Shown: positions 54,435 to 63,762 of the stretch, one piece after another
Layout: each line of letters opens with the position of its first letter
Numbering within the stretch: the stretch's first letter is position 1
IMG/VR virus record: IMGVR_UViG_3300005613_000001
Coordinates: 310,001 to 374,000 of that record
DNA: 64,000 nucleotides
Direction: 5' to 3' (one strand)
Program-made: the position numbers and the translations under genes
Notes under the pieces: model-generated
The model's input: only the letters and a program-made list of their open reading frames with translations
Databases searched by the model: none
What the model was told of the DNA's origin: nothing

Positions 54435-57246
54435 TTTTAACTCTTTCTTCTAATCTACTTCTATAATAGTTGAGTTTCTGTTCCTCTAAATATTCTTTGA
54501 GAGACTTCTTTTTCTTCTTTTTTGCGCCAATGGGATCACCCTCAATAGAATTGCCCGTATTGCAATTCCCACCATTAGGGTCACAATCAACAGCACCCCA
54601 GAAATTAGCTGTCCTTTGCACCTTATTGACTTCACCTTTATCATATGGTGGATAGCCCGCTACGACAGCCGCCTCACCCTGTAGTGTGCCAACCTCTTGT
54701 TTCCATTTTAAATAATCCTCAATCCACTTCATCATGCTTTGAACTTTAGCTTTAACTTGAGGATCAGGGTGTTGAGACAACATTTGTCCAGCCTGCCTTA
54801 AGTTGGTTATATTTTCAGGGTTAGCAAGGAACTGTGCAACCTTGGGCACAGGTGTCTTTGTGTCTTTTACAAATGCGGCATATATTCTTTCTAATGATTT
54901 ATATTTTTGATCTAACGCTGTGGGTGCCGATGTGGTTGGGCCGGGGGCTGCTGTTTTTCTAAGTGCTGCTAGTCTCTTTTCAACTTGAGGCCAATATTGG
55001 TTAAAAATAGCATCATGAACATTGTCATTGAAATACTTTTTAACAACTTGTAAGGTTTGATTTAATTGATTGTCGTCTAACTTGCTCAAAGTTTCTAAGT
55101 CAATCTGTACTTCATTGCCATTAGGCAATACGATTTTCCCCTCTCCCTGTTGAGCTAATTTTTGAAGTTCAAATACAATTTCATCTTCTTCTTCAAATCC
55201 TCCGGTATCTTCCCCTGCTGATTTACCAACTTGTCCTGCTACACTCTTTGCCAGATCCTTGTCATACTCTATCCCACGGCGATCAAGCTCGTCAGGAAGG
55301 TTCGCCGCCGCGAATTCAATCGAGTCATCTGAACTGTTGCCTTTTGCCAGGTGTTGATTATAAAGAGCTTGGAAAGCTGCTTGAATATCTTCGGCCTTTT
55401 TACCAAATGCCATTTCATCTTGGGTAATTGTCATATCACCAGAAAAATCGGGGCGTTTCATGTGTAGCCAAGTGGCAATATCCACTGCGCCTACTTTTGT
55501 ACGATTTGCCTCGGAACGCTGTCCCTGAGTGGCTTTATCCACTTCAGTTCCCGCTAACCCCGAGACTTTCTTTTCTGCGCCTGTGAGCGACCCCACGGTT
55601 GCACCTTCTTCTCCCGACCCTCCTGCCGAAGCGGGGGAGTCCAAAGACACACCCATTTTATTTCTTCTTCTTCGGGTGCCCATCATTCCATCTAAATCTA
55701 ACTGTGCAAACCTTCTGCACATGTCTTTGGCAAACCCCTTTTGTCTCTTGTCAAGCTCTTCATCAGCCTCATTGGGGTCTCTGCTCATAACCTCTTCTTT
55801 GCCTTGTCCAACGCCCCATTTTGGGTGACACAAGTTGTAAGCTAACCAATCGGCAATTACTGCTTCTACTTGGTCGTTAGATGCTAAACAAGAGGCGATA
55901 GATGAATTTAATGGTCCTGTTCCTGCCAAGCTAGCACAGAAAGATTTCTTCCCTTTCTCAGCTTGCTTTAAGAATCTTTGATACCACTTGCCAATTGTCT
56001 CCCGCAACTCGGTAACAGACATATCAGCACAAGTGTATCGTTGTCCTTGTTGTTTCTGTGCATCCCACCCGCCGAATAGATACATCTGGCTTAATGACGG
56101 TGAATTCGCCTTATACTCATCATCCCACAGCCTCTTTGCGACGTGGGCACTTGTATATTGCGAACTTAAATAACTTTGCTGTTCAGGTGAAAGCCTATCA
56201 AATGCTTTGAGCATTGACACTCTATTGGCTTCATCATTTGGACTTTCTCTAAAGTCAAGGAATTTCAACAAATCCGCCAGAGTCTTGCTACTGCCCGATT
56301 TTGCATTTTCTTCCAACCATTCTTGCGCATCCTGCAAACGAGCACTTCCAATATTCATTTCTTTCAGCTTGTTAAGAATGTCGCCTTTGTGGAAGTCAGT
56401 TAGATAGGTCTTAGTAAGCTCTTTATCGCCTGCTCTCCCTGCATCTAAATTAAATGCCTCTTTTACTTTGGTTCTGTGGCTAGGTGGCGATTTCACCAAC
56501 CTACCGTTATTAAGGACAGGCTGTTCAACCTCTTTGCTGACTGGCGTTTGTTTTCCTGTTTTATCAACAAGTGTATAATTTAGAGTTTTCTTTACCACGG
56601 GGACTACAAATGTTTCACTGCCAAATTTGACTGTGCTCATTGTAGTTGGTTGTCCATCAAATTCTTTTCGTGATTCCCCTAAAATACCTGCCTGAGTCGC
56701 CCAAAACCACAATCTTAGGGTTCTTTTAGCGGTAACCAAAGGATCTTGGGGCATAGTTTCAAATGAAGAGAAAGAATGTTGTGCTTTTAAATCTGTTCTC
56801 ACATTACCCTTTTTGTCTTTAGCACGCATTGGGGCTGATACATCCCAGTCGTTATGACCGCCTGTATATTTCCCCTGGGCAATCTCGTCATGTGATAAAT
56901 TTCGTAGTTGTTCAATATCAACAGGTTTTTCTAGCTGAGTTATGAGATCCATACTCTTGGGGTCAATTTGGAAAATAAGCCATTTCCCATGACCAGCGAA
57001 TACTCTTACTTCTTGAACGCCGTCTGGTGTTATGCCCTGTTCTCGGGCTTCTGACGCTCGTAAAAGACCTTCACTATATCTCCATGCTATGGCTCTATTC
57101 CACTTGTCTATTGGGAAATTGTGAAGCCATTTTAAATCGTGGTCATCATACAATTTACGCAGACCCGTAATGTTCTTCTGCTGAAAGGCCATCTCAAGCT
57201 GAAGATCATATGGAGTTTCATAAAAGAAGTTTTTAAATGTTTTCAT
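54403..57246 (-). CDS. Large hypothetical protein (~947 aa), MKTFKNFFYE N-terminus; candidate internal virion protein
   Basis: Long ORF; GCTATATA motif upstream. Confidence 0.8.
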   Translation of the reverse strand: MKTFKNFFYETPYDLQLEMAFQQKNITGLRKLYDDHDLKWLHNFPIDKWNRAIAWRYSEGLLRASEAREQGITPDGVQEVRVFAGHGKWLIFQIDPKSMDLITQLEKPVDIEQLRNLSHDEIAQGKYTGGHNDWDVSAPMRAKDKKGNVRTDLKAQHSFSSFETMPQDPLVTAKRTLRLWFWATQAGILGESRKEFDGQPTTMSTVKFGSETFVVPVVKKTLNYTLVDKTGKQTPVSKEVEQPVLNNGRLVKSPPSHRTKVKEAFNLDAGRAGDKELTKTYLTDFHKGDILNKLKEMNIGSARLQDAQEWLEENAKSGSSKTLADLLKFLDFRESPNDEANRVSMLKAFDRLSPEQQSYLSSQYTSAHVAKRLWDDEYKANSPSLSQMYLFGGWDAQKQQGQRYTCADMSVTELRETIGKWYQRFLKQAEKGKKSFCASLAGTGPLNSSIASCLASNDQVEAVIADWLAYNLCHPKWGVGQGKEEVMSRDPNEADEELDKRQKGFAKDMCRRFAQLDLDGMMGTRRRRNKMGVSLDSPASAGGSGEEGATVGSLTGAEKKVSGLAGTEVDKATQGQRSEANRTKVGAVDIATWLHMKRPDFSGDMTITQDEMAFGKKAEDIQAAFQALYNQHLAKGNSSDDSIEFAAANLPDELDRRGIEYDKDLAKSVAGQVGKSAGEDTGGFEEEDEIVFELQKLAQQGEGKIVLPNGNEVQIDLETLSKLDDNQLNQTLQVVKKYFNDNVHDAIFNQYWPQVEKRLAALRKTAAPGPTTSAPTALDQKYKSLERIYAAFVKDTKTPVPKVAQFLANPENITNLRQAGQMLSQHPDPQVKAKVQSMMKWIEDYLKWKQEVGTLQGEAAVVAGYPPYDKGEVNKVQRTANFWGAVDCDPNGGNCNTGNSIEGDPIGAKKKKKKSLKEYLEEQKLNYYRSRLEERVKNVPKHERKRS

Positions 57247-57292
57247 TTTTAACCCGTCCAACTACCTCATATATATAGCGACTACTACAATA

Positions 57293-57300
57293 TATAAATA
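57293..57300 (+). promoter_or_regulatory. T4-type late promoter TATAAATA
   Basis: Exact T4 late consensus 4 nt before the gp13-like ATG. Related (A/C)TAAATA motifs occur at 13141, 20504, 21234, 27664, 29992, 53064, 60723 and 62984. Confidence 0.7.
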
Positions 57301-57304
57301 TATC

Positions 57305-58186
57305 ATGGCAAGCACAATATTATTAAGTACCCCAACAAGATCTGCTACAGGGCAAGCCTGCGCAGGTACGAGTTGCGGCGACGTAGGCCCAACAGAACCC
57401 TTACATAAAGATGAGTTAGGCCCAAGAAGGAATCGAGAAAAAGTGCGAGAGCAATTAAAAGATTTTGCCCTTCTTATGCTCGGTGCCCCCGCCGTTACCG
57501 TTGAATTAGATCAACAAAACCTAGATTTGGCTGTAGACCAAGCACTCAAGGTATTCGAAGATTACGCCCCAAGAGAGTATTTTGATTATTACGTATTCAA
57601 TACCACTCCTGGGAAATCTGTTTATGAACTCCCCCCAGATGTGGGCCTAGTTCGTAATGTATTTTATAAAGAACACGGAAATTTCGCATTCCAGGCTTCG
57701 GACTTGGATGGTGCTATTCCAATTGAATATTTCTATCCCGGTGGAGCTTACGCCTCCATTCAGGGTGGTTTAATCGACCCCATTCAGCCAATTTGGGGCA
57801 GAATGGGAGAGTGGGTGCTGTACAAACAGTATGAAATGATGTACTCACGCATTAGTTCAAATATCGGTGGTTGGGAGTGGGTTAGTGGCTTGAGACATAT
57901 TAAATTATATCCTACGCCCTTTAACAGCCAAAGAGTTATGGTTCATTACCTTCAAAAAATGAAGGATTGGAATGAGGTTGTAGAAGGCATGCAGGAAGGC
58001 ACCCTTGCCTATGCATTAATTATGTTGGGTAGAATTCGTGGAAAATACGCTAATATCCCAGGACCAGGCGGCGGCGGAGAACTCGATGGAAGAGAAATGC
58101 TAAATGAAGGAAAAGAGGCGCTGGAAAAATGGCGTGAGAATATGATCTTCAGGTACGGAGATCTGCTCCCAATTATGCTCGATTAG
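57305..58186 (+). CDS. gp13: Neck protein (gp13-like)
   Basis: LKDFALLMLGAPAVTVELD..LDLAVDQAL; GRIRGKY..PG.GG.ELDG. Confidence 0.85.
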   Translation: MASTILLSTPTRSATGQACAGTSCGDVGPTEPLHKDELGPRRNREKVREQLKDFALLMLGAPAVTVELDQQNLDLAVDQALKVFEDYAPREYFDYYVFNTTPGKSVYELPPDVGLVRNVFYKEHGNFAFQASDLDGAIPIEYFYPGGAYASIQGGLIDPIQPIWGRMGEWVLYKQYEMMYSRISSNIGGWEWVSGLRHIKLYPTPFNSQRVMVHYLQKMKDWNEVVEGMQEGTLAYALIMLGRIRGKYANIPGPGGGGELDGREMLNEGKEALEKWRENMIFRYGDLLPIMLD

Positions 58187-58248
58187 AAGTCCTTTGATAG
58201 CAAGGACTTACGACAAAACGTTTATATATAATATTAGATTGAAAAATT

Positions 58249-58281
58249 AAAACCTCCACACTATATTACTGTGGAGGTTTT
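58249..58281 (+). promoter_or_regulatory. RBS-sequestering hairpin with a late-promoter-like motif at the loop
   Basis: 12-bp stem AAAACCTCCACA/TGTGGAGGTTTT hides GGAGG; ACTATATTA spans the loop. Confidence 0.75.
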
Positions 58282-58284
58282 ATT

Positions 58285-59055
58285 ATGGCTTTAAAGAGAA
58301 CTACTGAAGAGGCAAGAAGGTATTTTAAAAAGTTAAAATACGAGCTATTAGATGAATACACTGGCTGCATGGTTAAGATGCGATATAAATGCACCAATTG
58401 TAACCACATCTCAGCGATTAGCTGGAATAATATATCCAGGGGCAAAAGATGCCCCTATTGTGGCAAAGGGCAAAGGAAGAAAAAATACACTCTTGAAGAA
58501 GTTCAAAAGATATTTAAAGACCGTGGGTGTGAGCTTTTAGAGCAAGAATATAAGAATAATGAAACACCCATGCAGTACAAATGCAAATGCGGTAGAACAG
58601 CTAAAATATCGTTGATTGGTTTCAAGCATCAAAACCAAGATTGTTATTATTGCGGATTGGAAAAAAATAAGAAAGAAAATCATCACGGTTGGATTGCTGA
58701 TCGGGAGCTTAAGAGGGAAAATGACCTTTTGCGTAAGAGATGTTATAAAGCCCTCTCCAGCACGCTAAAAGCATGCAACAGAGTAAAAGTTGGTCGTACT
58801 TCTGATATGTTGGGATACACTCCTGCCGAACTCCAAGAGCACGTTAAATCTCATCCTAACTGGGAAAATGTGAAGGATCAAGAATGGCACTTGGATCACA
58901 TTTTCCCCATTAATGCTTTCTTGAAACATGGTATAAAAGATGTTAAAATAATTAATAGGCTGGACAACCTTCAGCCCCTTCCTGGTAAAGAGAATATCAG
59001 TAAGAGTGACAATTATAATGAAGAGGAGTTTTTGGAGTGGTTAGAAAAACGATAG
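58285..59055 (+). CDS. Free-standing HNH homing endonuclease with Zn-ribbon repeats
   Basis: CTNC, CPYC, CKCG repeats; WHLDHIFP..NLQPL..ENISK. Confidence 0.8.
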   Translation: MALKRTTEEARRYFKKLKYELLDEYTGCMVKMRYKCTNCNHISAISWNNISRGKRCPYCGKGQRKKKYTLEEVQKIFKDRGCELLEQEYKNNETPMQYKCKCGRTAKISLIGFKHQNQDCYYCGLEKNKKENHHGWIADRELKRENDLLRKRCYKALSSTLKACNRVKVGRTSDMLGYTPAELQEHVKSHPNWENVKDQEWHLDHIFPINAFLKHGIKDVKIINRLDNLQPLPGKENISKSDNYNEEEFLEWLEKR

Positions 59056-60446
59056 CCGATTATCCTGAGCTAGTTTCCCAATGGCATCCTATTAAAAACG
59101 GTGATTTAAAGCCAGCAAACATAAGCCGCCGAAGCAGAAAAAAGATTTGGTGGAAATGTTATGATGGCGAATGGCCTGATGGGTCATTTGCAGATGATCA
59201 TGAGTGGAAAATAAGCGCAAATAATAAATCCTCTAAATGTCCTTTTTGTAGTCGCAAAAGGGTATGTCATTCCAATTCGCTGAAAGCCACTCATCCCGAA
59301 TTAATATTACAACTCCATCCTACCAAAAATGGTAACTTTGATGCTACAAGAGTGCTATCGGGCACAGCAATGAAAGTATGGTGGCAATGTGTTGATGGAC
59401 ACGAATGGCATGCATCCATTGCCAATCGAACTCATGCCACCAACCCACGCGGCTGTCCTCATTGCTATACTAAGACTTTTAAAAAACCCACCAAACAAGT
59501 TTTTTTAGAGTTTTATAGTACACATACTTTTGATGAGTGTTGCAAACACTTTAAAGTTAAGTCTGCCAGAATTTTTAATTGGCGAAAACAGTTTGGAATA
59601 GGAACAAAATTAGAGTTGAGAAATGAAAAATTATGTCTTACTTCCCGACAAATTCAAATTTTAGAAGGATCATTATTGGGAGATGGGAGTTTATCAGCAC
59701 CAAAGAAATTTTCCCACTTTAGAGAAATGCATTGTTGGAAACAGGCAGATTATGTTGATTTCAAGGGACAAGAATTAGGGGAGTTCACCAGCAATATCAG
59801 CACCACTTGGTCACATGGTAAGAAACGAAGGTCATTGGAATCAATAGGCCATCCTCAAATAACCGCATTGGAACAACAATGGTATAAGCGAGATAGTAAG
59901 GGAAATTACATTTTAAACCACAGAGGATATAGAACTAAAATAATACCCCCTCATTTGAAATTGACCCCCCTTACAATAGCCATTTGGTATTGTGATGATG
60001 GTTGGCATTCTCCCAAAGATAGAAGTGCTCATTTGTGTACCAATGGGTTTGCTTTTGATGAAACAGAATTTCTTGTAATAAAATTGAAAGAATTTGACAT
60101 ATCTTGTTGGGTACAATCCAGGTTTCAGCGTAAGACTCAAAAATTTGAACCACAAATATACATAGGACCACAATCTTATAAGAGCTTCATCCAAATGATT
60201 ACTCCGCATGTATCGGCCCCCTCAATGCAATATAAAGTAGATTTAAGTAATTATACGGAATCACAACACCAAGGCTACAAACCAAAGGGCTATTGGAGCG
60301 AACAGACTGTTCTAAAACACCTTATGTCGTATAAAGAGTTTCCAAGAAGAAGTCAATTAGACGGATCGTTATTGAATGCCATCAAACATTATGGAGGATT
60401 TAAATATTTTAGACATAAATTTGGAGTAATTAAAAGCGGAGGATAG
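59037..60446 (+). CDS. Free-standing LAGLIDADG endonuclease with treble-clef Zn-finger repeats
   Basis: PELVSQWHP.KN..WWKC..HEW..CPFC x2; GSLLGDGSL and LTPLTIAIWYCDDG. Confidence 0.85.
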   Translation: MVRKTIADYPELVSQWHPIKNGDLKPANISRRSRKKIWWKCYDGEWPDGSFADDHEWKISANNKSSKCPFCSRKRVCHSNSLKATHPELILQLHPTKNGNFDATRVLSGTAMKVWWQCVDGHEWHASIANRTHATNPRGCPHCYTKTFKKPTKQVFLEFYSTHTFDECCKHFKVKSARIFNWRKQFGIGTKLELRNEKLCLTSRQIQILEGSLLGDGSLSAPKKFSHFREMHCWKQADYVDFKGQELGEFTSNISTTWSHGKKRRSLESIGHPQITALEQQWYKRDSKGNYILNHRGYRTKIIPPHLKLTPLTIAIWYCDDGWHSPKDRSAHLCTNGFAFDETEFLVIKLKEFDISCWVQSRFQRKTQKFEPQIYIGPQSYKSFIQMITPHVSAPSMQYKVDLSNYTESQHQGYKPKGYWSEQTVLKHLMSYKEFPRRSQLDGSLLNAIKHYGGFKYFRHKFGVIKSGG

Positions 60447-60449
60447 TCA

Positions 60450-60707
60450 TTACGTCAGAGCACCCAGCATATCCAATTCCGAGTCAAGGGCTAATCCATA
60501 TCTTTGTCTCATTTGAGGGATAATATCTCTTATGGTGGCTTTTAAATGTTCTACATGAGCATCACTCTCACCATCTGCACCAAGCACATGTATAGCCTGT
60601 TGGAGATATTTTTTTAGTGCTGGTAGGGGTAGGCTCATCCACTTCATTTCAATGGGATATCCAAAGATGCCCTCTCTAATAACCATCCATTCTCTAAATG
60701 TTTTCAT
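60450..60707 (-). CDS. Small protein, MKTFREW N-terminus
   Basis: Start reset; divergent from 60737. Confidence 0.6.
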   Translation of the reverse strand: MKTFREWMVIREGIFGYPIEMKWMSLPLPALKKYLQQAIHVLGADGESDAHVEHLKATIRDIIPQMRQRYGLALDSELDMLGALT

Positions 60708-60736
60708 ATTTTTATATATGGCACTAAATAAAGAAT

Positions 60737-61207
60737 ATGAAGACATTTGAAGATTGGATTTTTGAGCACCTATTTACCGAATCCGCTAGCACCACACGGT
60801 ATAGCGTAGAGGTTAATTATCGCACCACTTCAAAAGAGGCGATGGAAGGTTTTGCAAAAATAGCTCTTGGGTACGTGAGTGCCACCCTAAAAGGTCATGA
60901 TTATCACGTCAAACACGTATTTGACGAAAAGCCCCTGAGAATCTTAGTATCTAGCCGCAATTGGGATGATGGTGAATGGGCAGGCGTGTGTTCATATAAT
61001 TACGAACATCGATGTTTTGTGGTTTCCAGGGGATTCTTTAATAAAGACCGCAGAACGGTATCAATTCAAAAATCAGCTAAATGCAGTGGTAATTCAGCAT
61101 CAGAAGTAGCCAAAGAAATGATGAATATGATGCACAATCTGAAAGATAAGCCTGATAGGAAACAAGAGAAACTCAAGCCTGTGCCCCTGAAAAGAGGGCC
61201 AAAATAA
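60737..61207 (+). CDS. Hypothetical protein, MKTFEDW N-terminus
   Basis: ACTAAATA upstream. Confidence 0.75.
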   Translation: MKTFEDWIFEHLFTESASTTRYSVEVNYRTTSKEAMEGFAKIALGYVSATLKGHDYHVKHVFDEKPLRILVSSRNWDDGEWAGVCSYNYEHRCFVVSRGFFNKDRRTVSIQKSAKCSGNSASEVAKEMMNMMHNLKDKPDRKQEKLKPVPLKRGPK

Positions 61208-61692
61208 TGTATCACCGCCTCGGTAAAGATGGACGCAAATATTGGGGAAAGAGGGGTGCCGGGATTGTTTTCACAGACGGCAAACAGATTCTTCTTCTTA
61301 AGCGTGCTGAGGGTGATGAGCATGGCACTTGGGGCATCCCTGGCGGTCGTCTTGAAGAGGGCGAATTAGACATAGATGGAGCTATCAGGGAGTCCAAGGA
61401 AGAGTGTGGTAATTTTGAAGGTCAAAGAGTGGGCAAGTTTGAGGAGGTTGATGGAACTCATCGTTGGTCCACATTCATTTACCGTATTGACAAGCCTTTT
61501 AAATGTAAATTAAGCAGGGAGCATAGTGAGTGGGATTGGTTTGAATTTGACGAGCTAGAGAATCTTCCACTACACTCTAAATTTCACAAGAACTGGCCTT
61601 CTTATCTAAAGTTAGTCAAAAGGAGATTTAAAGGATTTCAAACCTTTAAGGAGTGGCTTGCTGATCGTCTTCCCACGGAGCAATCTGGTTGA
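61207..61692 (+). CDS. NUDIX hydrolase
   Basis: WGIPGG..EEGE..GAIRESKEECG Nudix box; EHSEWDW. Confidence 0.9.
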   Translation: MYHRLGKDGRKYWGKRGAGIVFTDGKQILLLKRAEGDEHGTWGIPGGRLEEGELDIDGAIRESKEECGNFEGQRVGKFEEVDGTHRWSTFIYRIDKPFKCKLSREHSEWDWFEFDELENLPLHSKFHKNWPSYLKLVKRRFKGFQTFKEWLADRLPTEQSG

Positions 61693-62155
61693 CTACAAAC
61701 TCAATATCTTTGAGGACTTTCTTACCAACACCTTTTATTTTCCCTATTTCATCTAAAGAGGCGTAGGGTCCATTTTCAACGAGGCGTTCTGCTAGTTTGG
61801 CTCCAACACCTTGAATTTCCATCCATGATTCTTTACTGAAACTAATTGATGTTCCATTATCCTCGTTTGGCAAGACATTAAAAACTGGCAATTCTTCAGG
61901 AATGGGCTCTTTATTCCACACGGGCTCCATAGCAGCGACATATTCTGGTGGTAATTGATCCACTGGAATTGTTACAGGTTCCCCGCCATCAATTAGTGAC
62001 GGTATTTCACCCGCCTCTTTTGTATAGAATTCGTGTTTCATATCGCCGGGGGATATTTCTTCATCAAAGCTCTTAACAGTATCTTCAACTTCTTTCATGA
62101 AGTCATCATCTTTTTTTTGTTCTTTTTTCCAATCATCCCAGGTCTTAAGAGCCAT
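61646..62155 (-). CDS. ComEA-like helix-hairpin-helix protein
   Basis: IQGVGAKLAERLVENGPYASLDEIGKIKGVG. Confidence 0.75.
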   Translation of the reverse strand: MALKTWDDWKKEQKKDDDFMKEVEDTVKSFDEEISPGDMKHEFYTKEAGEIPSLIDGGEPVTIPVDQLPPEYVAAMEPVWNKEPIPEELPVFNVLPNEDNGTSISFSKESWMEIQGVGAKLAERLVENGPYASLDEIGKIKGVGKKVLKDIEFVVNQIAPWEDDQQATP

Positions 62156-62714
62156 TATTTATCTCCTTCAGTAACACTTTAAAGTCTTCAATCATACCGA
62201 GTTTTGCACTGGGGTTTCTTAGTGCATATGCGGGATGGAATATGGGTAGAACTTTCATTTCCCCGAATTGTTGCCATATCCCTCGTATCTTACTTATAGG
62301 AGTGTCAATGCCCAATAAATTATGGGCTGCTACCGCCCCCATGCAAACGATGTATTTAGGATTGATGATTTTGAGTTGTAAATCAAAATAGGGGCGGCAA
62401 TTCAACCTTTCCCCCAATTCAGGATTTCTATTTTTAGGGGGGCGGCATTTGATGGTATTTAGAATATAAACATCATCTCTATCCCATCCACAGGCAGTTT
62501 TTAATACATCATCTAGAAGTTTGCCTGCGCGGCCTACAAATGGGGTTCCCTGTAGGTCTTCATCCCGGCCTGGTGCCTCTCCGCAGAGTACGATTCCCTT
62601 ATCTGGATTTCCAGTCCCGAAGACGGTGTTTGTTCTGGTGCTGGCTAATTCTTCACATTTAGTACAAGTTTCTACCTTCTTGTTTAGAAGGGCTAACATA
62701 TCTTTTCTATTCAT
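62145..62714 (-). CDS. Uracil-DNA glycosylase family 4 ([4Fe-4S])
   Basis: CTKC, GEAPG..ED..G.PFVG, KCRPP.NR, HPAY. Confidence 0.93.
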   Translation of the reverse strand: MNRKDMLALLNKKVETCTKCEELASTRTNTVFGTGNPDKGIVLCGEAPGRDEDLQGTPFVGRAGKLLDDVLKTACGWDRDDVYILNTIKCRPPKNRNPELGERLNCRPYFDLQLKIINPKYIVCMGAVAAHNLLGIDTPISKIRGIWQQFGEMKVLPIFHPAYALRNPSAKLGMIEDFKVLLKEINNGS

Positions 62715-62953
62715 GGATATCCTGCCTCATTTCCACTCTCTAAAATTGCTTGATTAATTAATCCTCGTAATTGCGCAACTTCTTTAGGCTCCTTCGGTTC
62801 AACCACTTGCCCGGTTTGAGAACAGTGATAACCCCTTGTGCATTTACAGGGGGTGTTGGCTAGTTGTTTCAATGCGTTAAACAAATGTTCTGATAGAGAC
62901 ATTTTGACATTAAATGTGTTGGTAACGGTAGTTTTTTTCTTAATTTCTATCAT
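62711..62953 (-). CDS. Hypothetical protein
   Basis: Start reset to the ATG with an AAGGGAG SD. Confidence 0.55.
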   Translation of the reverse strand: MIEIKKKTTVTNTFNVKMSLSEHLFNALKQLANTPCKCTRGYHCSQTGQVVEPKEPKEVAQLRGLINQAILESGNEAGYP

Positions 62954-63011
62954 TGATCGTCTCCCTTTTATGTGATTATATGTAATAAATACAATTAAAT
63001 CAAGGAGCAAG

Positions 63012-63761
63012 ATGAACATAATTGTCAATACAATATGCTGGAATGAAGAGAAGATGTTACCTTTCTTTTTGAAGTATTATGAGCAATTCGCCTCTGAAAT
63101 CATAGTACATGACAATTATTCAACTGATGAATCGCCTCAGATTATTAAAAAGCACCCTAAAGCTAAGCTAAAGCATTTTTTCACAGGTGATAAATCTAGA
63201 GAGGATGTAGAGATTAAGGTAAAGGGACATGCTTGGAAGAAGTACCGAAGGGCTGATTGGGTTATAAATGTGGATATTGATGAGTACCTTTATCACCCTG
63301 ATCTTCTGGGGTTTTTAGATAAGTGCAAAAAGAAAGGCATTACAGCCCCCACCCCAAAGGGCTATGAAATGATAAGTGATAGGTTCCCCAATTACGGCAG
63401 TCATATTTTTGAGCAAGTTCAGTGGGGAATGAGAAAGCACAAGATGGATAAGATGGCTATATTTGATCCCAGAGAAATTCAAGAAGTGAATTATGGCCCT
63501 GGATGCCACCCCCCTAGAGGCCCACAGGCGCATATGTTTCAACCCAAAGGAAACATTGTGAGTCGTCGGAACCCTGATTTTAAATTACTTCACTTCAAAT
63601 TCCTCGGATTTGAATACGTTCGCCAAAGATATGAGGTATTGGGGGCTAGAAAAAGCCAAGAAGATATTGCATGTACTTACGGAATGTGTTATTTTGATAG
63701 CGCCAGGAAGCTTATGAAGCGATTTAACAAAATAAAAGCTAATTCCGTAAAGGTGGTATAG
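63012..63761 (+). CDS. Glycosyltransferase family 2-like protein
   Basis: WNEE..LPFFL, DNYSTD, WVINVDIDE, LLHFK. Confidence 0.8.
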   Translation: MNIIVNTICWNEEKMLPFFLKYYEQFASEIIVHDNYSTDESPQIIKKHPKAKLKHFFTGDKSREDVEIKVKGHAWKKYRRADWVINVDIDEYLYHPDLLGFLDKCKKKGITAPTPKGYEMISDRFPNYGSHIFEQVQWGMRKHKMDKMAIFDPREIQEVNYGPGCHPPRGPQAHMFQPKGNIVSRRNPDFKLLHFKFLGFEYVRQRYEVLGARKSQEDIACTYGMCYFDSARKLMKRFNKIKANSVKVV

Positions 63762-63762
63762 A

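Noticed and set aside
58186-60446. Intron or intein interrupting the neck gene
   Set aside because: The gp13-like gene appears complete with its own stop. The endonucleases have their own start sites and no splicing motifs, so they are free-standing.
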